NCBI GenBank assembly: GCA_002633005.1
Contig: NMRA01000515.1
Coordinates: forward strand, 62,001 to 126,000
Length of the DNA: 64,000 bases
Direction: 5' to 3'
Source of the DNA: Phoronis australis
Taxonomy: Eukaryota; Animalia; Phoronida
Shown here: in pieces, positions 1 through 14,000 of the stretch
Numbering within the stretch: position 1 is the stretch's first letter
How the letters are laid out: every line of letters begins with the position of its first letter
The notes under the pieces: generated by a model
What the model was told of the DNA's origin: nothing
What the model saw: the letters and a program-made list of their open reading frames with translations, nothing else
Databases searched by the model: none
Made by a program: the position numbers and the translations under genes

Positions 1-1411
1 GTTGAATCTGCACTGTGATTCACATGGTGGGCACATATCAACGCTTTGCTGTGCTCTTGTTATAACACATCTGTGTAAGTTCTTGTGCAATAATTTTAAT
101 ATGCGCTTCTTACGAACTGTCACATTCATGGACAAGAAAGTTTTATGCTTAATTAACTTTATGTATTACCAGGTATATTGTTGTAAACCACACATGAATT
201 GTACCGAAAAAAAAACAAATTGGTAACAAATAAAGTAAGCCATGCTGCTGAAGATTCCACGATTTTGTCCAGTGAGTAGGACAGTTTGGTGGTTACGATT
301 CTTCTATTACTGCAATGTAAATGTGACCCAGCAAAAGGCTCTGTATCCCCCTTCCTCGATAGGTGCCGAGTCAGAGCAGGGATGGCTGGGCATCCATATG
401 TGTGTGCAGTGAAGACTTGGTCATAGATACAATTACCTTCAACTGCACATTGGAATGGCTAGTATGAGCATATTACTATTGAGTAAGAGGTAGGATAACA
501 TGATTGTAACCAAGCTTGCAGATCATCAGGCATGAGTCATGTTGCTATCTGCTCTGTACTGATTATCAATAAAATGCAAGTGTTACATGATAAGATTATC
601 CTTTGACTGTTTCTCAGAAAGTAGTACAATTATTAGATTTGTTGAAATTGATGTAGATATAATGACCAGTTGTGTTGATTTTAATTTTGTTATTCAGTTT
701 CCCAAATATAATCAGTGGCATTAATGACAATAAAACTCTGCCGCATTTATATCAGTAATAATTTTGTTTTATCAACAATCTCGCTGAAAGCATCTAACAA
801 AGCAGGGAGATGTAATTACTTCAATAGGGATTTACTTAATACGTAAATTAAGTAGGAAGTTGTAAAGAAGCTTATTAAATACAATAAAAATTCCTGGATT
901 TTACAGCGCCGGGGGGGGGGGGGGAGTGGACAATGAGACTTGTGGCGATCGTGGCCAAGATTTAGACATTTTCATTGTGTTAATAATGAGTATATAAGTG
1001 GTATCAATGTCTAAAATTGTGGAAGTGTTTGTGAAAGAAAAAAATATTCACGGTTTCTAACTGAATCACCTCTTGTTGTGAATCCGAGAAGGTTCCAGTG
1101 TTCGACAGTGCGGCATATTTTGTTCAAATGTGTTGTATTTTCGGAAGATCTTCCTTACATACAAACTGGGCTTGTTTGCAGGAAATTCCGGTACACAAGT
1201 TGCGCGCAAAACTAACATTGGTAAGCTTTATTTTTAAGTATCTTCATTTGGCACGCCTTGCTTTCCCTGGGGGCGACGGTTGTTAAGCGGCATTGTGGTG
1301 TGCAACAAATTTTAAAACAATCTGTGCGCGTATACAAATTTCTTTTACACAGATTGTCATTGTGATGTGTAATAAAAATCGACCACCGCAGTAGTTTTGC
1401 ATTTTGCAACC

Positions 1412-1468
1412 TCACTAAATGTTTTTCTTGAACCGCATTCAATGCGGTTCAAGAAAAACATTTAGTGA
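1412..1468. repeat. Perfect palindrome, 28-bp arms with a 1-nt spacer
   Basis: tcactaaatgtttttcttgaaccgcatt-c-aatgcggttcaagaaaaacatttagtga. Confidence 0.95.
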
Positions 1469-1520
1469 TAAGATGCTTTCCAAGTTGGAAAGCATCTTAT
1501 CACACCATACACATGGCTCG

Positions 1521-1604
1521 CCTGTGGACAACTATTATCCCGTTTACGTCTGTGGACAACTATTGTCCCGTTTACGCCTGTGAACAACTATTATCCCGTT
1601 TACG
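1521..1604 (+). repeat. Tandem repeat, 3 x 28 bp
   Basis: Unit cctgtggacaactattatcccgtttacg with minor variants. Confidence 0.9.
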
Positions 1605-4082
1605 CAGCAGGACTTCTACGAACGAATGTTATCAGTTTAGCGATATGATCGTGTTTCGAAAACTGATGTTTTCAATGGTGTTTTACGTTTATCTTTTGTG
1701 TTTGCTTGTAAAACGCGAATGGGAAGCGCCCGTTCTGGCATTGTGGGAACGCACTCGGCATGAGTAGTCGTCAGTGTGACGCTCCGCTTATGAACCCGCA
1801 ATGTGCTCTGTTTACTTGTTTTTGAATGTTTATAATGAAAAACACCATAAGAGTTAAGCTAAGAAACCGTTAGAAAGCATTATATCTGGGCGTTAAAATA
1901 TTACACACACGCACGCACGCACTCTCTCACACACACATCAGTATACACAGATGAATGTACATACTTACACAATCACGACAACAATTTCAATGGTATATAC
2001 AAGATTACCATTAAAAAATAAATTTACAATGTTTACTTAGTTAAAATGAAAATCAAATCGGGCCGTTTACTCTCACAAAATCGATCTCGTTACATTCCTT
2101 TCCGAGTTTGAATTCTATTTCTGATTCATTCCAACAACTAGAACATCGAATCCATCAGCGAATCCAGAAAATGTTTTAGCATACCGTGAATAATACGCTT
2201 ACAAGGAAGTCACGCATTTCTAAAGATATGCGTGAATTTTCACCGCTCGTCCTTCTGAGCGGCTTGTACCAGGATCAAAGAGAGCGCGGCGCCTGAATCA
2301 GGTACAATTGTGATGACCGCATTGCCCGATGCGAGCAAGACCCAATTAAATATCCGACCATAAACTGTATTAGACATCTCTGACTATACATAATGGCAAA
2401 TTTTCAAAATGCATTAACCACTCATTTTCGTTATAAACGAACACCACGGCGGTGTTCAGCTGAAAAAAAAAACAAGTACGTTCGATTTTTAAAACTCGAT
2501 GAATTAATAATCTAAAAACTACAATCATTGGGTGCGATTGAAGATGATAAACTACCGCGCGTATTGAGATACTCGGTGGATATACAAACGCTGATGAGAG
2601 TTAACAGTATCAAATGGATTCATTTTTTAATATTCTTTCTATCTCGTTCAACCAGGTTTTTGACCAGGAAACACTTGTTGTGCCCACTTATCATTTGTTA
2701 TTACTGGCAAAGAGCTAGAATAGTTATATAGTCAGTGTCCAGAGATTCCAAATCTTCAGCTTGGCTATCACCATATTTGCATTTTTGTATATATTTTATG
2801 ACTTGTGTTCGAATAAAGGTACGGCTTTTCCAGACACTGGAACAATACCCCAATGTTTACAAAAAACATTCTGAAATTCCGCAATTGTACAACAAAATTA
2901 TTTTTTTTCTATATGGATGTCAAAAACTCAACCCAAATGAAAATAAGGTTTTATTCGAAACAGTATCAGAATTTCTTTATAACATTATGTGTGAGTGGAT
3001 AGAATTGTATAAATGTTTATGAAAATGAATTACTTACATTCGTTATCAGTATATATCATTGTCATATTAACATCAGTTTTTTTAATTTATGTATTCGTGT
3101 GTAATAATTGTATATAGACTTCTTTTTATTTTCAACCCATATCTAATGCCTCTTGACGCTTTCTGGGTTATGTACATTCATTGTATTCTGAAGATTTCGA
3201 AATAAACATTAAAAAATAAAGATTAAACTTTAATGACACGTGAAATGTTTAGTGTACCTGTAATGTGGTAAATTTAGGTATGGGCTCACAATGAACATAA
3301 TAGCTGGCGATCAGAATCCACCACTGTTTTGGTACTTCGAGTTCAAAACTTAGATAAAAAGTTATCAACCCGTTCCTGGTAAGAAAAAAAAACAAATGGG
3401 CAGAAGCATTAAAAATTGAATAAACGAAACCAATATGAAAGTTATCGTTCCTTTGGGAAGTGGCCCTTTGTGAAGATACACACAAGTTTACCTTTTTAGT
3501 CATTTTGTAATATTTATAATGTACCAAGTTAAAACTACTCTCCAGAGTTGCAGACTATAACTCTGCAAATGTCAAAGAAAACCAACCATTGTTGAGACAG
3601 TAATGCTAGCAACTACCTTTCCACATCATTAGCTCAGATCTACTTCAATACAAAGGGCGTGCTGAATAGGCATCATAAATGTTGTCTGGGGCTTAGGAAA
3701 TCAGAGCGGTCACCAGTGTAAGCGAGAAATTCTCCGCATGGACTTGATTTATTGGGGTTGGCCGCGCACTACGGTAAAGTCGCGTGATTTTCGGACACTG
3801 AAAATTAATTCCAATAGAAAAAAATCATTCTTGGACGAATCTCGCGAAATATCATTTTGTGGTGTCCGAATTTGGCGGACCTCCAAATTTGGGTTTCGGC
3901 TAGTGTCCGAATTTCGTGGGTGTACATTATTTCGATGAGCGGTCGCAGTATCAACAATGCTGGCTCGGTCATTTGATAGCTGTATAATTGCAGNCAGAGA
4001 GTGAAAAGCCCAATCAATTTTCGTTTTTATTCAACAAATCAGAGCGAAATTAAGATTTGTTAAAATGAAGCTCATGTACCAG

Positions 4083-4221
4083 GGTAGAGTTCAGTAAAGC
4101 CAGAAGCTAGCCAGGATCTCTAGACAAAGTCACGTGCTCTCATTTAAAATACATGGCAATATCTCACGTAATCTCGCGAAGTCTTGTTTTTAGCGATGTT
4201 CCAGCGTTACTGAACTCTACC
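4083..4221. mobile_element. Small PIF/Harbinger-like MITE (~139 bp)
   Basis: TIR ggtagagttcagtaa...ttactgaactctacc with a 3-bp CAG direct repeat on both sides. Confidence 0.75.
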
Positions 4222-5170
4222 CAGATTCCTTTACTGTAATCATCATGTCGCATTTGCGAAAGAAGCTAACCCGTTGTGACAACCTGCTGTGAAGCAAAAA
4301 TGACCACCCGATGAGCCTAGAATATATTTTTAACAAAATAAGTGACTCAAATTAAAAGTTTGACAATAGAAGGGGCGACTTCACTGCATCAAACCTCTAA
4401 CGTCATTTCCTTTGTGACTTGAGTTTCAGCTGGTGCGAGCACATTTTCCCCATGAACTAGATATGCTAAGCGACCCGGAAGGAACCCGTTTCTCAGATTG
4501 TGGCTTTTTTGAACCTTGATTATTTGGACAACTAAGAAAATGCCGGCCAGTACGAGTTAAAAACTCCGCGTACCTCAGTGCCACTAGCGGACTTAGGAGA
4601 GGGGGGCAAGGTGCCATGTCCCCTCCTAAAATTCCCCCATGGCAGTTCGAGAGTGCGAATGTGTGACCGCGACGGGCAAAATCCTGGCTAATACTCTGCC
4701 GTGCCCCCCCCCCGGATCCTTCCCTGCCTGTGATCTATGTTTTTCCAAATTTGTTCGTTATTAACACTAGGTGCCTGATTTATGAAAAAGCTAATCCGTC
4801 TAGTTAGCGCCATTCACACGATGTGAAGTTACGGAAATTGTCTCAAGTTCTGGTTTGTAAAAGTCAACATCAATTACCCAATCAAATACTGTTTGGTGGT
4901 ATATAATCAACCTTATGGTGACATCATTGATCAATGGAGCGCTTTGTGTAAAGAACCTCACAAGCCCACAAATGGTGTGGCGGCTTTAGCTGCAATCAAT
5001 ATCGTTTTCGTTCCCGTCAAGATATCCGTTGATGTGACGACAGAGTATCGCCGAATACTTACACGCTGATTTATCGAGACTATGAGGGACGCTAGTTAGT
5101 TAATTTCCTCGGAAGCTACTGGTCTTCTGTTGTCGAACTCTTGTGAAGAGAAGAAAACTAGCCATCTACG

Positions 5171-8100
5171 ATGAGTAACCCGGGAACAGTTAACAAGTTT
5201 CTTGATGATTTAAGACGCCTTTGTCAGACGAAAGGAATATGCGGCATTAGAACTTTAGGTGCATTTTTTATGAAGATGGATAAAGATCTCTCAAAGACTA
5301 TTACTTTAGAAGAATTTAGTGGTGGAATGAAAGCCTTCGGTCTTGCTTTGAACGATGATGAATTGAACGAGGTTTTTCAAATGTTGGATGAAGACGGGGA
5401 CGGTTGTATCGAGTTTGGCGAGTTCTTCAAGCGGCTGAGACCGCCACTGAAAGAATGTAGGAAGGGAGTTATAAATGAAGCGTTTGACGAGATTGATGTG
5501 AATGGTGATGGTGTTCTGGAAATCGCTGACCTGAAAGGTATTTCAGATATGTTAATTTCGACACGTTCTAATAAATAACAGCAACTTGCAATCTACAGCA
5601 TCCGTGAGGACTGAGGCAAACAGTGCCGAACCCGGGTATGTACTATTTACAAGCCAACTGTAGGACAAGTCTTCCTGGAAAGCTCTCTGTATTTTGGTAT
5701 CAAATTCAGATGTTTTCATGTCTAGTAATTAACCGTTGTGTGACATATTTCTAGGCTGAATGGCGTAACAGATTTTCCGCACTATAGGCCTACCGAGTGA
5801 TCACCTGCTCAATGCTCGACAGGGAGAAATTTCGAGAAAAAACATCTGTTCAAAAATCGATTTTTACATGACTGAAATTAAATCGATAAGTGACATTTTA
5901 TTTCGACGTCTCATCATATCCGTCACTGGATCACCATTTATCATAATTGCTTACCAGTGTCACGCGATAAGCAGTTAAGCATGTGTCTGTAAGATGAACG
6001 CATTGCTCTCACGTTTAAACTGAGGGAATACATAGTCGTGCAGAAGGTTTGTAGTAAGGTGCGCCATAGGCCTATTATAGAAATATAAATATGGGCAACA
6101 TAACTCAGGGGGAACCGATGAGCAGAGATGCATTGACCCCAATGACCAGAAAATCGTTTAGTATCTACGAACATTCCTGTTGTGCAATACTTTCTTTTTC
6201 TTGGGCTTCAATGATATCTACTGCCAATGTTTAGTTGATTTAATCATTGCTAACACCCGCGGCGGATTTGAGCTGCGACCTCAGACATCAGGGGCGGATC
6301 CAGGATTTTGAGTTAGGGAGCCAGGGCAGAGTATTAGCCAAGATTTTGCTCGTCAGACTTTTGCACCTCCGAACTGCCAATTTTAGGGGGGGGGGGCTTG
6401 CAACAACTTACTACTGAAAGGACCATTGACTACAATGTTCACATGTCGTCCGGTAAGAAGGACTTTTACATTAACCCAAAACATTTCAATGTTTTGCTTA
6501 CTGAATTTCAGTCGTGTTTATGTTGTTCACGAATAATCATACTTCAATCCCTTCTCCCACACTCTTAAACGGAGACAAACAATTATCCAGTCATGTATGT
6601 GTTCCCTACAAAATCGTAACCTCAATTTGCGTCTATTCTCGTAACGCGAATCTCGATTTTTGTCTAAGAAATGCAACGACCAGCTCCGTTGCGTAACTGC
6701 GGGAAACGTAGTAAAAATGCCAATTGACATGGATAAAAACAAATAAAGCAATTTTCCCCGACTTATATCAAGTGGTTCTGGTTGTGTTTATTTTAACTCG
6801 CACAGCCAGTCAGATAAGTTTTACAGCCTTATAAACATAAAACGTCCACAAAAACGACATCCGAAAAAGAACTGCTTATTATCTACTAATTAATTGAAAA
6901 TAAAACACTGATTCTCAGTTCTCAATAACCATTGTCAATGCACCCCGGGAGGCCGTAAATCAAACCGCAAATATATAAGTGGAGATGAAGGAACAGAGTT
7001 GTCGAGTTTTTTGTTTGTCAGCTCTGGCAATGATTTTTACGTTTTGGAATAAGTTCGTGAATCATTTAAACCAGAATCACCGTCTACTAAAAAAAAACAG
7101 TGACATGTGTTTCTATGAACAAAGTAATAAAAATGATATTTTTTAACATTTTACAGAGTTCGTCCCATATACCTTTTATTGCTTTTATTGATTTATTGCC
7201 GCAGGAAAGGGAGCCCAAGGACGTTCTTTGATTAAGATTATTTTTCTTGGACAAGCTTTACAAGGATTAATATGAAATGAATGTGATTGGAGGCTTAGCG
7301 TTGAAAAATATCGATCCCCAGTGTGAAGTCTACTAGCCAGAAAATATTAATTCATTTTGTTCAACTTTCTAACAATAAAGCTTCATAGAAAAACACCTGA
7401 TCTATTTATGTTTCGTCGGTTCACAAGTTTGTGTTATTACAGTATCAAACAGTTGACAGGTGAAAAGCTATTTTAATTACAAGATTGTACTTACCAATCA
7501 ACAGAGTGTCAATCACTGAGCTAATTCCTAGTGTCGCAACAATTCAATATTATGATACAATTTAATTATGAAAACAAAGTTATGACTTGTAAGCGACTGT
7601 TAGATGTTGTACTTTATCATACAGTGCGCCATCTTTTACAACAAAATGTTTTGAGAGGTTAACTATACGCCATGTGGAGTCTGTAAAAGATACAAATCGT
7701 ATTGTCAGCGTTAATTTTTAATCTAATTAAGAAGCTGAGGTTTCAAAAGCCCCAGGGTCAGACCGCCTGCTCTTTCCTCAATCCCAGAAGATCAATGGAC
7801 TAATCCAAAATTACTATTGTTTTATTACCCTGTTTTACCTTTATGACGAATGCGTCCCTCGACAATCCTCATTATCATATACATGTAAAGGTACTTAACC
7901 ATTCTTTTCACAGGCACTCGTTACAGTGAAAGAGCTAGGCAACATCCAAAGTAGTACTTAACTATTCTTTTCACAGGCACTTGTTACAGTGAAAGAGCTA
8001 GGCAACATCCAAAGTACTTACTGGGTGAATGGAGTGAGGACGATGTTCTACGTCACTTCCTGGACACATTCGACACTCCCGGGGAGGGCGATGGTGTCGT

Positions 8101-8245
8101 GACACGGGACGAATTCATCAATTACTACACTGATGTCAGTGCCACCGTTGACGACGACTCTTATTTTGACATGGTCATGCGGCGATGCTGGAATCTACCT
8201 TCAAAGTCAAAATCAACGACTAGAATGCATGACAGACTGTCCTGA
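5171..8245 (+). CDS. CAPSL: Calcyphosin-like EF-hand calcium-binding protein, 2 exons (5171-5537, 7977-8245), ~211 aa
   Basis: Exon 1: LRRLCQTKGICGIRTLGAFF followed by EF loops DKDLSKTITLEE, DEDGDGCIEFGE and DVNGDGVLEIAD, donor AAAG|gtattt. Exon 2 after ttttcacag reads in phase: HPKYLLGEWSEDDVLRHFLDTFDTPGEGDGVVTRDEFINYYTDVSATVDDDSYFDMVMRRCWNL...TGA, the typical calcyphosin C-terminus. Confidence 0.9.
7891..8019 (+). repeat. 63-bp tandem duplication spanning the acceptor site of calcyphosin exon 2
   Basis: gtacttaacYattcttttcacag|gcactYgttacagtgaaagagctaggcaacatccaaagta occurs twice. Confidence 0.9.
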
Positions 8246-9883
8246 GGTTAATGACCAGCAGCCCAGATGAATTATTTGTTTCTGCCAAAAATCGACCAAG
8301 ACTTACTCCGTAAATGCGCTCATTTATGTCTTTACTTCCGAAATGACGTGTTTTTTTTCGGAAAAATTGTAGCTCAAATGTTTTGCATAACAGGGGTATG
8401 TGGCTATTACGCTTTACTGCTTTACCTTATAAAGTACACGATATCTAAAATTGTGCGTTTGTGTCTTTTGTCACTCTGTGTACTTTACATTCGTTCATAA
8501 ACAAGGCTATGATAAACTGGCATTAGGCCCAAGAAGCGATATTTTAGTTTAAATCACTAATCGGCCATTCTGTACTCAGAAGACAAGTAGTTCATAGGTT
8601 TCCAAAGAACTGACAGTTCGTTATTCCTTGAAACTATGCTCACGGTGCACAAAATGACACTGACGTTGTCATTTCTTTCGAGGTCATGACTTGAAGTCAG
8701 CTCCAGTTTGAGGAAGTTGAGACGGTAAGGGTGCTAAACCAAAAGTTGGTTTTTGTGATGTGGAAGGCAGACATATACCACGTCAACATCTATCTGTCGT
8801 TTTTTAACGAATTAGTCACGTATCGCTCTCATGTTGTTTTAAAAAGTTGCTCCTTGTTTTTTGCTCACATGTTTGATCCACTGACGCATGTATCTGATTG
8901 CTCAACTCCAAGTTAAGGCACAGATTCAGTGTAGAACACGAGTGAGATCTAATACGGGCATGAACGATATATTAGCCTCAGGCACGGGAAATCGATCAAG
9001 TTCATAAAAAGCACAGTTTTCCATATGAATATTCAAACCAATTTTAGCGAATGCATTTATAGTTCGTCCGATATCATGTTTTTTATTTTTATTCGAAGTA
9101 TGTTTTAATTTCTGCCGACAAACAGAATACTAATATGTATAAAATACTTAGTGAAAGTCACCACAGCACACAAAAGCGCACGAGTTATGTTTTGATACAG
9201 CTTAAAAGTTGTATTAATTCCAGACTAGTAGTCATCTCTGAGGATCATGTCTCTTTTACATCGTAATTTACATTAGCCTTCTACTGTCGTAACTAATTTT
9301 TAATAGACGATTGATTATATAGCGCTTGGAATGTTTTAGATAGAATCTATCGGCGGTCTCGAAGCAGCTATGTGCGACGTACTGGCGAGTTAGCTGTACA
9401 GAAAATGTGCATAGTAAACCAGTCAACTCATGCTGCGTAGGTGTAACGATAAAACAATACTACGTGTAATTAAATTGTTTGCATAAGAATTAAAACTACG
9501 GAAACACTCTAAAAACAATTTTGTTCCGCCAACTGTTTGAACTACGTCGCAATTTGTCGCTTACTTCAGGGCCTGTGGGGTCTATCTAACCTGTGTGTTC
9601 GAAATTGAAATTATTTTTTAGGTTTTCCGTTCTACTTTAGTGCGAACTCAAAACAAATGTGTTTCGTAGTTAATATATGCGCACATAAATAAATTCCACT
9701 AATAAACACGACACTTGCTGACACGGAGCAACTGACACGGAACGAGGTCCTCGAGCCCAAATATGCGTGTAGACACGGAACAAATTGACAATACAGTGAC
9801 AACTTTTGTCACCCGCTTCTGAGGTATATTAAACTGTATGGAAGCGTATATTATGAAGTACCACACCACGCTCCCCTTGCAAA

Positions 9884-10005
9884 TACCCCCTCCTGAGAAA
9901 GCCACCCCTCCCAAGAAAGCACTCCCCCTCCTAAGACAGCAATTCCATCCCAAGACAGCAACCTCCTCCCAAGAAAGCATTACCCCTCCCAAGAAACCAA
10001 CCCTC
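9884..10005 (+). repeat. Degenerate ~19-20 bp tandem repeat (~6 copies)
   Basis: Recurring cctcccaagaaagc-like units. Confidence 0.7.
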
Positions 10006-11867
10006 ATAGGTGCTTCGTATTTCCGGCTCTGTAGCGTTTGGTGGAAAAGTTGAATTGGCGGCTGATTAAACAGGGTTTTACTGAAAAATCAACGCAAGCG
10101 TAGTTATCAGGATTCTTATTATGTACATTATGGGGATTCATTTGACGGGTTACCCCGAAATATTGTTCACAATGTTCAGCAAGACTGCCACGGGGTATGG
10201 AGCCCATGACAATTAATGCCATTCAGTAAGAAACAACCTGTTCTTACCAGGGACTTCTATAAGTACAAGTCCAAATCAACTGACTCCCAACGCTGTACGA
10301 TCATGAAATATTAAGCATTTATGAACCTACCCTCTGACACTGAAAAGTACCTTTCGTAGCACTGTGAAAGAGTGTATTGTGAACCTCGATATTTTGAGAG
10401 TGCATAAAGAAGCCACGCGATTCCACTCGGGGGAGTTGTGCGTTTGGCACAGGGGAGTAATTCTGAGTCGCGCGACTTGTGCGCTGACCGCGCGAGATGG
10501 AGTCTGTTGGAACCTGCGAATTTTATTGCCTCTTCCAGAATCTGAATCAAGCTTAGGCCGCATAAATTAAAAGCTCTAGTTGCCGTATTTCCTACTTCTG
10601 CCTAACTCTTAGTAACTAACCTGTTTTCAGAATTCGTAGCAACAAACAGAATAAGAATATGTTCATTGGCTAGGAATTGTTCACCTAACACGCTAACGAG
10701 TAAAAGCCGTACGAGTGAATAACAGACAGGCATAAAACAGTCAAATTGCATTATTCATTGTGATTTTCTGCCACTGAAACAAAAGTCAAACTGTTTAACA
10801 GGCATTTTTACGATTTGATTGTAAACATTTTCAATTTCTGTTGATGTAAAAGCATTTTCATTTCGTTTCAAATTTCAAAAAATGGTCTGTCTACTGCTCG
10901 TCGCTTCGTCGGCAAATCACCTCTCCTCATTTGATATGGCATAGACATCCTTTTAAAAGAATACGAAGTAGGGATATTGGTGAATAATTGCCTCACCTTA
11001 CACTGAAGAGGTCAAAACTAAAGTGGACTTTCCGAGAAATGAACCTTAGGAACTGTGACACGTAATGTTGGAAATCTTTTGCATCATGTTTGTTGCGGCT
11101 CGTATGAAGTCTGCGAGGTTGTGTACCATTGTCACTGATGGACAAGGGAACACTTTTTTCATTGACCAAAGTTTCATTAGGTCTAGACCTGCTTTTCCCT
11201 GAACAGGTTCGTTTCCTCAGTGCAAGAACACACGGTAGTTAATGTCTGGTTTTTGTTTGAGCAACGATAGAAGGCTGCCTATAGTACCGTCGGCGTGTAC
11301 TAGATTTAAAAGAATGAAAACGCATACATGCGTACACCTGCATGGACGTCAGTTCACCAATCCACAATGAAAGTGGACACTGGTTGAACAACAATCATTT
11401 GACGATCTCCTTCAATTCTAAGTTTGAAATGCCTGCACCTTACCCCACTATGCTGGTGTTATTGAGTGACACCTATTGTCCCGAACTATTAACACTAGCA
11501 AGTACGCCAAAATAGCAAATACACAAAACGTGCCGAGAGTGGCGTACATGAAGTGATATCCCACAAGACATTATTACGCGTATCGACCGAGACTGAATTT
11601 GTATTTATCCCATACGCTTCGAATTCCTGAGTTTCTTTCATATTTCTGCAGATTTTTTAAATACTTCATTCAGACTGTTCACGTGGCGGATCACATCCTA
11701 CATGTATGTACTTGCATGCGCGTTAGGCTGCAAGCTTTTTCTAGTAAAAGAAACAGTTTTAAATGCGGCGATTTATTACTTGAAAAGAGATAACAAAGAT
11801 GTAAACAAGAGTAACCTTTCATTGAACTTGTAACATCTCCTGAAAATAGTTAAATAACAACAATATT

Positions 11868-12133
11868 CATGCGCGCACCCAGCCTTGAAAATGGGGGGGC
11901 TCGAATTTCTGTCTATGTGGACCTTTTGCTGACAAAAAAGTTGAGGGACTAAAAAAAAACGAGTACCACCCTTCAGGTCCGTGAAGCGTGCGTCTGCGTG
12001 TTTTTAGTGAACTTTTGTCTCGTTTTCTCGGACTTTTTGTGTCTCTGGGGTGGACCTTTTTGCCTACGGCACTTCGCTCGGCTTCAAGGAGGAGCTCGTT
12101 CGAGCCCCCTAGCCCCCCCTGGGTGCGCGCATG
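11868..12133. mobile_element. MITE with CATGCGCGCACCCAG termini and 5-bp TSD (atatt)
   Basis: atatt|catgcgcgcacccag...ctgggtgcgcgcatg|atatt. Confidence 0.85.
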
Positions 12134-12217
12134 ATATTTTATATTGTAGTTACCAAGGAATCGGTGCCTCAGTTGCAGACTATAAAATATTTAGCAAATG
12201 AAAACTGATATAGATCG

Positions 12218-12459
12218 CATGCGCGCACCCAGGGTGGGGGGCTCGTTTGGCTAATTGGACAAAAAGGTCCGCCTCAGAGAAACAAAAAGTCCGAGAAAAC
12301 GAGACAAAAAGTCCACTAAAAAGGCGCAGACGCACAATTCACAGCTCTGGACGTGGTACCACGTTATTATTTTTTTTAATTCTTCGGCTTCTTGTCGATA
12401 AAAGGTCCACCGTTGTCGGAAATTCGAGCACCCCATATTAAAGGCTGTGTGCGCGCATG
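12218..12459. mobile_element. Second MITE of the same family, opposite orientation, 5-bp TSD (gatcg)
   Basis: gatcg|catgcgcgcacccag...ctgtgtgcgcgcatg|gatcg; the internal sequence resembles the reverse complement of 11868-12133. Confidence 0.85.
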
Positions 12460-12883
12460 GATCGAACTATCATATAGTAAACAATCCTGTTCCAGATGTT
12501 ACGATTGATCTGATTGTATGTTGAGCGTTATTTACACTGCTATAATTGTATTACTTTAAACTCTTTTCCGAAAGTTTGGTGATCAAACCGCCGGCTAACT
12601 CACGTCGATTCGACATTGACCTACCTTTTGAACTTTCCATGTCAGAGGTCACTGTTGAAGTAGCGCGGGAGGTGAATACGGAAAACTTTTTATTACATGG
12701 CCGTATTTCCCTCGACAGATTCAACGCGAATGGGATAACAATCATATTTTCTGCTGTACTTGTTTCTTGGTCTGTTTTAAAACATTCACGCCACAGTACT
12801 TTTTGAGAGCTATTTCGCTGTTTTAAAAGTTTGAGCTAGTTATAGACATTTACTTCTAGAATCCCTTGTTACCCTATGATGTA

Positions 12884-13175
12884 TCGCTGGCCAAATGGGT
12901 GAACGTTACGCCGTTAAATTACCGTACGCAACATAGGCTAATTCTTGTTACAGGCGTAATTAAGTGCGGCATAAATAAATTATCGGTGCCATAAAGTAAT
13001 TATTTATGGAGTAAAGTAAATATTTGCGGAGTAAAGTAACTTTCAGTGCCGCAAAAACTTTACATCGTAATTACTTTACCGTAACGGCGTAAATAATTAC
13101 TTTACGCCTCTAACACTGAAGAATCAACTTACGCACGTAATTTAACGGCGTAACGTTCACTCATTTGGCCAACGA
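12884..13175. mobile_element. MITE with ~38-bp TIRs and TA flanks (possibly Tc1/mariner-type)
   Basis: ta|tcgctggccaaatgggtgaacgttacgccgttaaatta...taatttaacggcgtaacgttcactcatttggccaacga|ta. Confidence 0.8.
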
Positions 13176-14000
13176 TAATATCGACGTCATCCTTCCTATT
13201 CTACACATGTTTAGTTCTACACCACTGTACTCCTAAATAAATAAAATACAATCATTCTTCTGGATACTTTTTATTTTTATTATTGTTTGCAATTAACTTT
13301 GATGAATGTTTAAGTTATACGATGTATGCAGTTCCTGCAACTTTGATTCAAATTGTCTCTCATTAGTTGTTCGCAAACTATTTTTTGAATGAATAAGTTA
13401 TGAAGAAACTGTGGTTGTTTATTTTGAATAAACTTAGTTGTTAGAACTACAAACAGTATCTGATTTTACTGTCATTTCTTGGGCTTTCCTGCAGTCTTGA
13501 TTTGATCTTAGGGTTTGAAATTTCATCACTGACGTTGTGCAATGCTTTATTTAACGTTTGTATAAAAAATAAAATATTACCATTCTGAGTATATGTTTAA
13601 AACTGGTATTTCGTGTTTTCAGTTGTCATCTATATGATTCCTGCTGCTCACATTTACCACAGAAACCTTGGTTATAAACTTTGTGACCTTTTGAGTTATA
13701 CCCCTCAAATTGCTTATTCTCTCAGATGTAACTGGTCTTTAAAAGTAGTTCCATCCGGCTCATTAGTGGTTTTGGAGTATGGGTCTGATGTGTCTGTCGA
13801 CAATTAGCCTGTTATTTATTGTAGTTAGATATTGTTTGTGATAAGGGCGTGAATTTCTTTAGATCAGGCGAAACTATGGCATGATTCCGAAAAATTCTTC
13901 CCCCTTAATGACTGTCGCGATAGTGAAACTGAATCTATCAAAAGCAAAGTGCTATTTAGAGCTGGGTGATCCTGGTACTATGGATTGTATCGAAGTTGTG

